Assembly: GCA_903854215.1 (NCBI GenBank)
Contig: CAINVT010000035.1
Coordinates: forward strand, 1-62,908
Direction: 5' to 3'
Length of the DNA stretch: 62,908 nucleotides
Source: an uncultured bacterium
GTDB taxonomy: Bacteria > Patescibacteriota > Minisyncoccia > Phycocordibacterales > UBA2100
Shown here piece by piece: positions 55,113 to 62,908 of this stretch (its first letter is position 1; each line of letters opens with the position of its first letter). The position numbers were made by a program, and so were the translations under genes. Under the pieces are notes generated by a model, which had not been told where the DNA came from, ran no database searches, and saw only the letters and a list, made by a program, of their open reading frames with translations.

Positions 55113-56408
55113 CTATTTATTTTTTTTATTTGCAACGCTCGCTGCCGCCGAAGATCCGGCGACATATCCGGTCGTCCAGCATAGTTGCAGGCTGTAACCA
55201 CCGGACGGCCGATCGATGTCGAGGAGGTCTCCTATAATGTACAGATTTTCATACATGTGCGAACTCATCGTTTTGAAATCGATCTCGGTAAGCGCGACGC
55301 CGCCTGACGTGATGATCGCTTTCTCGGAGCCGAGTACGTGACTGACTTCGAAGCGGAGATGCTTAAGCGTTTTCATGAGCGCGATACGAGAATCGCGTGT
55401 CACGCTGTGGCATGCGGTGTCGGGGTCAATGCCGGTGCGCGACAGGATATGCGGGACGAGTGCCGGAGCGACGACGGTCCGAAGTGCGTTCCGTATCACT
55501 TTGTTGGAATTTTCTTTGAATAAAGCCTGGAGCGAAGCGTTCACTTTTTCATAACCCATGTCAGCCATGAGATCGAGTTCGATCGTGACATTGCCGTATT
55601 TGAGCAATTCGTCTACTTCGCGGCTCATGTTGAGTATGCCGGGGCCGCTCAGACCCACATGCGTGAAAAGCACTTTGCCACGACTCTGTGCTTGCTTCAC
55701 GTTGTTTTGAAAAAGTGTGATTTTCGCGTCGGGTAGGCTCACTCCAGCAGCATCTTTCACCGGCTCGGTGAGTGCAATCGGGACGAGCGAAGCGGATGGT
55801 TCGCGCACCGTGTGGCCGAGCGTGCGCAACCAGGTATACCCGTCGCCCGTAGAGCCAGTCTCCGGATGCGAAGTGCCGCCAGTGGCGAGGACGAACGATT
55901 TCGCGCGGATGATTTTTCCGCCGCGGATATTCGCGTGAGTTACGTTTGATTCGTCAGTACTGAGTCCTGTTACGGTCGCATCCGAAAGTATAGTCACCGA
56001 AGATTCTCTAAGATAGGCGACCAGTACGTCCCAGACCGACTGTGAAGAATCGGAAACAGGAAAGACTCGTTGGTGTGCTTCGACTTTTGTCTGCATGTTG
56101 CGCGTATGAAAAAAGTCGAGCGTTTCGAGGATGCCCCATGCGGCGAAAGGGGATGCGAGGAACTTGCCGTCATCTTTGTACTTTGCGAGGAACTTCTGAC
56201 GATCCGGTTCCGCATTCGTGACATTGCAACGCCCCCCGCCGGTGATGAGCAGCTTCTTCCCGAGTGAATGATTCTTCTCGATGAGGATCACTCGTGCCCC
56301 GAGCGAAGCAGCACGTCCTGCCGCCATCATGCCTGCCGGTCCGCCGCCGATCACCGCGACATCCCAGAGAGTTTCTGATGCGGCCTCGATCGCTGAGAAT
56401 ATCTGCAT
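55113..56408 (-). CDS. HI0933/YhiN/BaiN-like NAD(P)/FAD-dependent flavoprotein
   Basis: Dinucleotide fold VAVIGGGPAGMMAAGRAA, then LLITGGGRCNVTN. Confidence 0.85.
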   Translation of the reverse strand: MQIFSAIEAASETLWDVAVIGGGPAGMMAAGRAASLGARVILIEKNHSLGKKLLITGGGRCNVTNAEPDRQKFLAKYKDDGKFLASPFAAWGILETLDFFHTRNMQTKVEAHQRVFPVSDSSQSVWDVLVAYLRESSVTILSDATVTGLSTDESNVTHANIRGGKIIRAKSFVLATGGTSHPETGSTGDGYTWLRTLGHTVREPSASLVPIALTEPVKDAAGVSLPDAKITLFQNNVKQAQSRGKVLFTHVGLSGPGILNMSREVDELLKYGNVTIELDLMADMGYEKVNASLQALFKENSNKVIRNALRTVVAPALVPHILSRTGIDPDTACHSVTRDSRIALMKTLKHLRFEVSHVLGSEKAIITSGGVALTEIDFKTMSSHMYENLYIIGDLLDIDRPSGGYSLQLCWTTGYVAGSSAAASVANKKNK

Positions 56409-56507
56409 CGCGCTATACTATCTCAGATTCACGCTATTTGCAGGTGTCCGCGGTACCATATCCACGTATGAGTTTGCAGTCTATACTGAGCGGCGTAATG
56501 ACCTGAT

Positions 56508-57128
56508 ATGAATCTATCCAATACCGTGCAACTCCTCATCGAATATCGGTATTTGATCCTGATACCGCTCGCGATCATCGAAGGACCGATCGTAGCTTTT
56601 ATCGCGGGAACTTTGGCGAGCCTCGGCTATTTTAATATCTATGTGCTCTCGGTCTTCTTCTTCATACGAGATGTCGGAATGGATAGTTTATTTTACAGCG
56701 TCGGATATTTTGGCACGCGTACCGCGCTCGCCCAGCGTCTCTTGCGGAAACTTCATGTCACCGAACAGAATCTCGATGGCATCCGCTTGCTCTGGGAACA
56801 TCATCCGATGTCGACGATGTTCATCGGCAAGATCTCATTCGGGCTCGGATCGACCTTCGTCTTTATCGCCGGTACGGTGAAGATGCGATTCGCGACGTTT
56901 TTCAAATACGGATCAATCGTCGCCGCTACGCAATATTGGACACTGCTCGCGCTCGGGTATTTTTTCGGTAATTCGTTCGGCGGGAATATTTCAAATATCT
57001 TGTCGAACATCGAGTATCTCATCGCCGGTATCAGTATCGTCGTCATGATCTATTATTTCGTCAGTTGGCGTCTGCGACGCCGTTTGTTGAATGAGGCGGA
57101 AGGGGAGGAAGAAGTGCAAGAAAAATAG
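56508..57128 (+). CDS. dedA: DedA/SNARE-associated family membrane protein
   Basis: YLILIPLAIIEGPIVAFIAG re-entrant motif. 206 aa. Confidence 0.8.
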   Translation: MNLSNTVQLLIEYRYLILIPLAIIEGPIVAFIAGTLASLGYFNIYVLSVFFFIRDVGMDSLFYSVGYFGTRTALAQRLLRKLHVTEQNLDGIRLLWEHHPMSTMFIGKISFGLGSTFVFIAGTVKMRFATFFKYGSIVAATQYWTLLALGYFFGNSFGGNISNILSNIEYLIAGISIVVMIYYFVSWRLRRRLLNEAEGEEEVQEK

Positions 57129-57249
57129 TTGATCGTAAGAGGTTTAGTCATTACGTAGATGCTTTAAGCAGACAGAAACAACAGGTTTACAAAAAATGAC
57201 ACCGAGCGTAGTATCGGCCTAGGTTGACAACAGTTCAAACAGCGAGGTA

Positions 57250-58290
57250 ATGCTTATGTCCCAATCGTCCTTCAAGGATCGCGCCTTGCGCGAGTTGGAC
57301 GTTTTGCATCCGTCCAAGATGCGGCTCATCACGATGCTTCCACCGCTTTCCGAGCGTCTGAACCCCTTCGTTGGAGACGGTGTCATCATCCGTCCGGCCC
57401 TGATGTATTCCGCTCAGGGCGGGTTCAACAAACTCGCACCTGCGTGGGGAATGATCAGAAGAGGGATAGAGAACGACACGATTACCGAAAGAGCGACACT
57501 CGTCGCGGCCTCAAGCGGACAGACCGCTCGCGGACTTGCGCACATCTGCAAACGTCTCGGGCTAGGATTCATTGCAGTAATGAAATCGGACGTTCCCAGT
57601 CAGAAGGTGAACGCTGTTTCGTTCTACGGCGTTCCGGTCGAAGTCCTGCAGACACCGTTCAACACCATCGAGCGCGCCATCAAGGAAGCGAAGATGGAAA
57701 ATTGTGTCGTTATTGATCAGTACAATGATCCCGCCAATGCCGGGTCGCAGTGCGAGTTCATGGCACCGCAACTCTGGTTGGATCCCGAATGCCACAATGA
57801 TGTCATCGTCATTGCAGGCGGAACGCTCGCCACTGCAATCGGCACTGAACAACACGCTAAAAAGCACGGATATTCGAGTTCGGTCATTCTTGCTATCTGC
57901 GCGGACGGAGAAGAAATTCCAGCCGGCCGCACTGAACAGAGTATCCGTAGGGAAGTCAAGAACGGTTCGCTGGATGATTTCAGTGAAGTGTACAAAGTCA
58001 GTAGGTATGCCGCGTTTGTTGCAGCTGCCGCGCTTTCCCACGAGCTAAACTGGACTATGCCTGGACCGACTTCAGGGATGGCTTTCGTAGGTAGTCTAAA
58101 GCTCATCTCCAAGCATCGGCAGGAAGGAACACTCGATCGAATGCGTGGCCCCGATGGAACCATCCATATTACGTTCTTGTGTCCGGATGGAATGGAATGG
58201 TACTTTGAGATCGCGAAAGCCGAATTGCACGGGGAACGCGACTTCGAAGCCAAACGAATCTTGGGTGAACGTCTACTTCTGCTCCCGTAG
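57250..58290 (+). CDS. Tryptophan-synthase-beta-fold (PALP) protein, divergent
   Basis: LVAASSGQTARGLAHICKRLGLGFIAVM resembles the SSGNxG...A block of cysteine synthase/threonine dehydratase folds. The canonical PLP-lysine context is unclear. A likelier start is 57256. Confidence 0.5.
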   Translation: MLMSQSSFKDRALRELDVLHPSKMRLITMLPPLSERLNPFVGDGVIIRPALMYSAQGGFNKLAPAWGMIRRGIENDTITERATLVAASSGQTARGLAHICKRLGLGFIAVMKSDVPSQKVNAVSFYGVPVEVLQTPFNTIERAIKEAKMENCVVIDQYNDPANAGSQCEFMAPQLWLDPECHNDVIVIAGGTLATAIGTEQHAKKHGYSSSVILAICADGEEIPAGRTEQSIRREVKNGSLDDFSEVYKVSRYAAFVAAAALSHELNWTMPGPTSGMAFVGSLKLISKHRQEGTLDRMRGPDGTIHITFLCPDGMEWYFEIAKAELHGERDFEAKRILGERLLLLP

Positions 58291-58301
58291 CAGAACCTCG
58301 T

Positions 58302-58337
58302 GGCCCGACTGCTGTACGCAGTCGGGCCGCTATTTTT
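58302..58337 (+). terminator. Rho-independent terminator
   Basis: GGCCCGACTGC-tgtac-GCAGTCGGGCC followed by GCTATTTTTAT. Confidence 0.85.
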
Positions 58338-58357
58338 ATATGTTACAATCCATTTTC

Positions 58358-59386
58358 ATGATTGAACAACCATTGACCTACTCAGAGATGAAAGACAAGA
58401 CGGGGCTCACGATTCTCTATTCACCACGGGCGGATGCGAGTGTTGCGGTCATTGCAGAGTCTGACAACGCGGCGCCGCTTGAAGTCGTTTTCTCAAATAT
58501 GCAGATTGATGAAGCGCATATTCTCTACATGGAAGCGACCGAGTTGTTGCATTCGCGCGCGGGGATGAACGAAGATCCGGCATCTATTCGTGATGCAGTT
58601 GCGAAACTCTTCGCACTATTTCGCGGCGAGAAGGTCACTTTCGCGCCACCTCCCATTGCTCCGCGACCGCCGTCGGGAGAATTCGTAGCGAATCCCGGCA
58701 AGGTAATCGATATCGACGTCGATGGTGTGACCTATGCGCGCCTTCCGGTGCGTACACGGCTCATCACGATGGAGGAAACCGATATCATGCCGCTCTTGGA
58801 TGAATACGTCGGTCCATATCTCAAACCCGACGACCTACTCTTCATCAGCGAAAAGGCGCTCACGATCACGCAGGGTCGGGTGGTTGATATGAGTACGATC
58901 AATCCGAGCTGGCTCGCGCGCATCCTTGCGCGGAATGTCGGCAATAATTACGGATCAGAAGATTTCCATGGATTTGGTCATGGTACGACAATCGCCATGC
59001 AACTCTTCATCGAGGAGGCGGGATATCCGCGCATTATCTTCGCGGCATTCATCTCTGCTATCACACGCCCCCTTGGTATTCGCGGACTTTTTTATAGCAT
59101 TTGCGGCCTACGTGCAAAGTCGATCGATTGCCCGATGTCATTCCTCATTCTCGAATATGCGCACAGCGCGAAGCTCGCTCCCAATTATCCATCCGGCGTC
59201 GCACGCGACATACGAGATCGTTTCCAGTGCGAGACTGTCATTCTCGATGCCAACTATCGCGGCGCGTTCAGTCTCGGCAAATCATCGCGCGCGCTTACAG
59301 AAATCTTCATCGGCAAACTCTTCCGTGACAATCCGCTCGGTCAATCCGACGAAATGACACCGTTTTGTATCGTACGGAAGGTCTAA
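58358..59386 (+). CDS. CofE-like (F420-0:gamma-glutamyl ligase family) protein
   Basis: The FISEKALTITQGRVVD block is typical of the CofE fold. Start is placed after the terminator, 8 nt downstream of TGtTACAAT (track ORF starts at 58145; another in-frame ATG at 58340). Confidence 0.6.
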   Translation: MIEQPLTYSEMKDKTGLTILYSPRADASVAVIAESDNAAPLEVVFSNMQIDEAHILYMEATELLHSRAGMNEDPASIRDAVAKLFALFRGEKVTFAPPPIAPRPPSGEFVANPGKVIDIDVDGVTYARLPVRTRLITMEETDIMPLLDEYVGPYLKPDDLLFISEKALTITQGRVVDMSTINPSWLARILARNVGNNYGSEDFHGFGHGTTIAMQLFIEEAGYPRIIFAAFISAITRPLGIRGLFYSICGLRAKSIDCPMSFLILEYAHSAKLAPNYPSGVARDIRDRFQCETVILDANYRGAFSLGKSSRALTEIFIGKLFRDNPLGQSDEMTPFCIVRKV

Positions 59387-59411
59387 ATGTGGGACTTACG
59401 AAGTCCCACAT
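59387..59411. repeat. REP-like 25-nt palindrome, copy 1
   Basis: atgtgggactt-acg-aagtcccacat, starting 1 nt after the CofE-like stop. Confidence 0.9.
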
Positions 59412-59418
59412 CAATTCG

Positions 59419-60075
59419 TCATTCGAGCCTCATTCCTTTTAGTATGGTAACTTCGCGGTCTCGCAAGAAGCTTGATGTTGCTTTCCGTATGTCTCCGAAT
59501 ACGCCGATAAACAGCTCCTTTGTGATTAGTGATGGAATGTTGTGCTGACCGCAATAATCGAGATAGCTACTCCACCGGTATTCATCTAAGTGGTTCAATG
59601 CATTTTCTGTACTTTGGATATATCCCTCTCGCCAATTTTTGGAATCTTCAAAAAAATCGAGCGGGTTGAGGTGAATATAGTGGAGTATGTATAAGAAATG
59701 AGGTTCGGATGCGATCAAAATCTTCTTTGTCCGTCCCTGGAATAAAGTGCCACTACGCTCATATCGCTCATTAAAATATTTTGCATATCCGATATTGAGC
59801 TTACGGATAAACTGCGTAAGGCCGCCCTCAATGCGCTCAGACAATAGTAAATGATAGTGGTTTCCCATCAAGACCCAGCCGTGTATATCCACCAATCTTT
59901 GGCGTTTGTGCAATGTGGGACTTACGAAGTCCCACATGGGAGAACGATAGGCATCGGGAGCAGGTATTGTGTCGTTGAACTCGTAGAGATTATGAACGAA
60001 GCGCGCACGATCGCCGTCATCGATGAAGATCTCTCGCTTATCTACGCCTCGATTAAGTACATGGTAAAGTTCCAT
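59419..60075 (-). CDS. Y1 HUH transposase, RAYT/IS200-like (second, divergent copy)
   Basis: YHVLNRG start, HUH motif MGNHYHLLL, Tyr helix LHYIHLNPL. 218 aa. Confidence 0.85.
   Translation of the reverse strand: MELYHVLNRGVDKREIFIDDGDRARFVHNLYEFNDTIPAPDAYRSPMWDFVSPTLHKRQRLVDIHGWVLMGNHYHLLLSERIEGGLTQFIRKLNIGYAKYFNERYERSGTLFQGRTKKILIASEPHFLYILHYIHLNPLDFFEDSKNWREGYIQSTENALNHLDEYRWSSYLDYCGQHNIPSLITKELFIGVFGDIRKATSSFLRDREVTILKGMRLE
59913..59937. repeat. REP-like palindrome, copy 2, inside the RAYT coding sequence
   Basis: Sequence identical to copy 1. It encodes PMWDFVSPT on the minus strand. Confidence 0.9.
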
Positions 60076-60081
60076 ATCACA

Positions 60082-60106
60082 ATGTGGGACTTACGAAGTC
60101 CCGCAT
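60082..60106. repeat. REP-like palindrome, copy 3
   Basis: atgtgggacttacgaagtcccgcat (one mismatch), 7 nt upstream of the RAYT ATG. Confidence 0.9.
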
Positions 60107-60191
60107 AAATCGACGTCGACGCAAAACGTCAAATATAAAAACGGCGAGCGAAGACCCCTTCCGCATCCATTAAGTATATCAAAAATAATTT

Positions 60192-60578
60192 CTATTTCAG
60201 CGGATGATGCACAGTACTATGGTGCTTCACCTCGGTCACTCTATTTTTTTCATCAACGAAAACGACGACGGGGTCGAGCGTGTCGAGCTCTGACGGTTCG
60301 ACCAACACTTCAGCAAGAATGATGATCTTGTCGCCGGGGGCGAAAAGTCGCGCCGGCGGCCCGTTGAGGCAAATATCACCCGCACCTCGTTTGCCGGCCA
60401 TCGCATAGGTGCGCCAGAAGGTCGCGTTTGATACGTTGGTGATGTTCAAATACTGAAATGGTTTGATACCGGCTGCGTCGAGCAAGTCTTCATCGATCGT
60501 AATCGAGCCGACATAATTAAGATCAGCCTGTGTGACCGTTGCGCGGTGGATCTTCGATTTGCATGCGTGGATCAACAT
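60192..60578 (-). CDS. panD: Aspartate 1-decarboxylase (pyruvoyl-dependent)
   Basis: MLIHACKSKIHRATVTQADLNYVGSITID, with the G-S self-cleavage site. Confidence 0.92.
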   Translation of the reverse strand: MLIHACKSKIHRATVTQADLNYVGSITIDEDLLDAAGIKPFQYLNITNVSNATFWRTYAMAGKRGAGDICLNGPPARLFAPGDKIIILAEVLVEPSELDTLDPVVVFVDEKNRVTEVKHHSTVHHPLK

Positions 60579-60718
60579 GCGTTGAATGTATCATTCAACG
60601 ATACAAAGGCAAAATGTCGATTGTCATAATTTCATACCATGCGGTGTACTAGGTGTGTAGCGCGTCTTCTGGGGTGGGTCCGATGCGCCACATAATTATC
60701 GGTTTATTGAATATAATC

Positions 60719-61555
60719 ATGAAACAATCAGCAACAATGACGAAGGTGGGGGCTATTATCGGAAGTACGGCGATTATCACGACGCTCGCCCTGAGTGGCA
60801 CGGCGTTCGCGCAAACAGCGACAGCTCCAAACGCTACTGCGCAGGGACGTGGCGGCTTTGGCGGCGGCATGCATCGCGCACCTGGCGTGTTCGGTACCGT
60901 CGCATCGATATCCGGTAATACGATTACTGTTACGAGTAAAGGCTTCGGATCAAATGCGACCGCGACGACGTATACGGTCAATGCTACCAATGCGACCGTG
61001 ACTAAGAGCGGAGCAGCTTCGACGGTCGCAGGTATTGCGATCGGCGACTCGGTGATGGTGCAAGGTACCGTGAGTGGTACGAGTGTCACCGCGACGGCCA
61101 TTCGTGACGGTGTCACGGGCGGTCGAATGGGCGGTACTGGCATGCGTGGGTTTGCTTCGAGTACGACTCCGGATGGTAAAAAGCCGAATGCCGCACTCGC
61201 GAATATCACGGGTAACGGCCAGCCGGTCATCGGCGGTACGGTCGCTTCGATCAGCGGTACGACACTGAGCATCACCAACAAGAGCAATGTGAGCTTCTCA
61301 GTTGACGCAAGCAATGCAACTGTCAATAAGGGCGGTGCGACCTCGACGGTCGCAAGCATCGCAACGGGAGATTCTGTCATCGTGCAAGGAACGGTGAATG
61401 GCAGCTCAGTCGTCGCTTCGTCAGTCATTGACCAGGGAGTGGTATCTACAGCTTCCACATCAGCAACTCCGTCTACGTCGGGTGCTCATGGCGGTTTCCT
61501 CGGAGGACTCTTTGGCGGTATCGGCGGATTCTTCCAACACCTCTTCGGATTCTAA
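60719..61555 (+). CDS. Secreted protein with three DUF5666-like repeats and a Gly-rich C-terminus
   Basis: Signal peptide (...TLALSGTAFAQ). Three ~70-aa repeats (GTVASISGxT(I/L)...VxxxxAT(V)xKxGAxSTVAxIAxGDSVxVQGTVxGxSV.A). The antisense 269-aa ORF is a shadow. Confidence 0.7.
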   Translation: MKQSATMTKVGAIIGSTAIITTLALSGTAFAQTATAPNATAQGRGGFGGGMHRAPGVFGTVASISGNTITVTSKGFGSNATATTYTVNATNATVTKSGAASTVAGIAIGDSVMVQGTVSGTSVTATAIRDGVTGGRMGGTGMRGFASSTTPDGKKPNAALANITGNGQPVIGGTVASISGTTLSITNKSNVSFSVDASNATVNKGGATSTVASIATGDSVIVQGTVNGSSVVASSVIDQGVVSTASTSATPSTSGAHGGFLGGLFGGIGGFFQHLFGF

Positions 61556-61638
61556 CTAAAGTTCTCGGAAGCCAATTCAAGAGCGGCCCTCATTCTGAGG
61601 GTCGCTCTGCGTTTGGATTACGAAAATACGCATAAACA

Positions 61639-62850
61639 ATGTACAATATGTCGATTGCGACCGACATGCGAAATCCTTTTGATCATAAGCGCAAGCACAA
61701 TGACGACGACAAGACTCGCCCGTTGTTCGTTATCGGTGCGGTAGCTATCGGAATCATCGGCATCGCGCTTTTTATGGTCGGCTACACGACCGTTTTTGCC
61801 CTGCTCGGTTCTGGATCAGTGGCATATGAGCGACAGGCTGGAAATGGCGGAGCAACGACGACGAATGCTACGAGCTCAGCACCGGTCCCTGTTCTAGATG
61901 TTGACGCCTACAACAAAAAACTGCTGGCGATTGCCAATTACAAGACTCCTCTGGCGACCACGACACCTGTGAGTGTCGGAAGCTCGACCGTATCGACCCA
62001 TAGCACGTCAACACCGGCCGTCCATCGCCTCTGGCCGGCAAAAGCAGTGTTGCCATTAGCTGGGGCACTGCTGCCGTTCAATCGCCTCGTCGCGTACTAC
62101 GGCAACTTTTATTCGACCGGCATGGGCGTCCTCGGCGAATATCCCGAAGATCAGGTGCTCGCCATGCTCGCCTCAACGACCGCCATGTGGCGCCGCGCCG
62201 ATCCCTCGACTCCTGTCATTCCAGCGATCGACTACATCGCGGTGACCGCACAGGGCAGTCCGGGTGCTGATGGTAAATATCGCTTACGCATGCCGGATAG
62301 TCAGATCGACAAGGCGCTCGAAATGGCCACGAAGGTCAATGGCATCGTTTTCCTCGAAGTGCAACCGGGACTTTCCAATATGGAAATCGAAGTGCCAAAA
62401 CTTGAGAAATACTTGAAGATGCCGAATGTCGAGCTTTCTCTTGATCCCGAATTCTCGATGCAGACGAGCGGCTTGCGCCCCGAAGCGGTCATCGGAACCT
62501 TGGATGCGAAGGATATCAATTGGGCCGCCAATTATCTCGCCGGTCTCGTCACACAGTACAACCTCCCGCCGAAGATTCTCGTCGTACATCGCTTCACCGA
62601 AGATATGGTCACGCACTATCGCCAGATCACGCCGCTGCCGCAGGTGCAGATCGTGATGGACATGGACGGTTGGGGATCAAAGGCAAAGAAGATCGGCACG
62701 TACACCAACGTCATCTATGCGGAGCCCGTGCAATTCACCGGATTCAAGCTCTTCTATAAGAACGACCTCAAACCGCCTTCCACCGGCCTTCTCACTCCCG
62801 CCCAAGTTCTCAACCTCATCCCCGCACCCTCGTTCATCCAATACCAGTAG
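61639..62850 (+). CDS. Membrane-anchored hypothetical protein (403 aa)
   Basis: N-terminal TM helice (LFVIGAVAIGIIGIALFMVGY), a Thr/Ser-rich linker, and a ~270-aa extracytoplasmic domain with no recognised motif. Confidence 0.55.
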   Translation: MYNMSIATDMRNPFDHKRKHNDDDKTRPLFVIGAVAIGIIGIALFMVGYTTVFALLGSGSVAYERQAGNGGATTTNATSSAPVPVLDVDAYNKKLLAIANYKTPLATTTPVSVGSSTVSTHSTSTPAVHRLWPAKAVLPLAGALLPFNRLVAYYGNFYSTGMGVLGEYPEDQVLAMLASTTAMWRRADPSTPVIPAIDYIAVTAQGSPGADGKYRLRMPDSQIDKALEMATKVNGIVFLEVQPGLSNMEIEVPKLEKYLKMPNVELSLDPEFSMQTSGLRPEAVIGTLDAKDINWAANYLAGLVTQYNLPPKILVVHRFTEDMVTHYRQITPLPQVQIVMDMDGWGSKAKKIGTYTNVIYAEPVQFTGFKLFYKNDLKPPSTGLLTPAQVLNLIPAPSFIQYQ

Positions 62851-62908
62851 CGTTTTTACAAACGGGGCTCTAGAAATAGGGTATCGCAGAAGTGATATAC
62901 TTCTGATA

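Noticed and set aside
60649-61458. 269-aa ORF antisense to the secreted repeat protein
   Set aside because: It is generated by the triplicated repeat. The plus strand has a signal peptide and a coherent repeat architecture.
62886-62908. Hairpin CAGAAGT-gatat-ACTTCTG at the window edge as a terminator
   Set aside because: It is truncated by the end of the window and has no visible T-run, so it cannot be evaluated.

Overview
This 62.9-kb window appears to come from a small-genome, CPR/Patescibacteria-like bacterium. That placement is inference from gene architecture only: a fused b-delta ATP synthase stalk subunit, an 83-aa epsilon, a 352-aa DnaX, a 514-aa Rel, many 1-26-nt gene overlaps, and TGnTAnAAT promoters 6-8 nt from start codons. 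Positions 1-27.9 kb are housekeeping. They hold a complete F-type ATP synthase operon, a minus-strand nrdD-nrdG-iscS-iscU-FNR-like operon, miaA, a free-standing LAGLIDADG endonuclease gene abutting tRNA-Leu(CAA), an orphan parB, rel, topA, dprA, and serS-ftsQ-like-dus-dnaX-PurC-like. tRNA-Gln(UUG) at 27920-27993 is followed by degenerate copies of its own T-arm and then by an AT-rich accessory island of about 21 kb (28.0 to about 49 kb). The island carries four modules. (i) An AAA+ ATPase translationally coupled to a cytoplasmic S8 serine protease (IetAS-like architecture), followed by a 319-aa possibly HEPN-like orphan and a large serine recombinase. (ii) A five-gene operon: degenerate-PLD/SNF2 helicase, DUF4391, Type III Mod, RhuM, Type III Res. 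(iii) A RAYT/IS200-like Y1 transposase flanked by 26-bp inverted repeats. (iv) An operon of small membrane/TPR proteins, a HIT protein and a methyltransferase. The island's right edge coincides with a GC-rich, hairpin-dense non-coding stretch of about 530 nt (candidate ncRNA of unknown class). It also coincides with the start of a family of 30-40-nt intergenic repeats (8 copies, 47.2-52.1 kb). Positions 50-62.9 kb return to host genes: engB, pentapeptide protein, mntH, VIT1, flavoprotein, dedA, a PLP-fold enzyme, a CofE-like ligase, panD and secreted repeat proteins. This part also holds a second RAYT flanked by, and internally carrying, a 25-nt palindromic REP. No rRNA genes or CRISPR arrays were seen. 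All functional calls rest on motifs I recognise by eye; no database search was possible.
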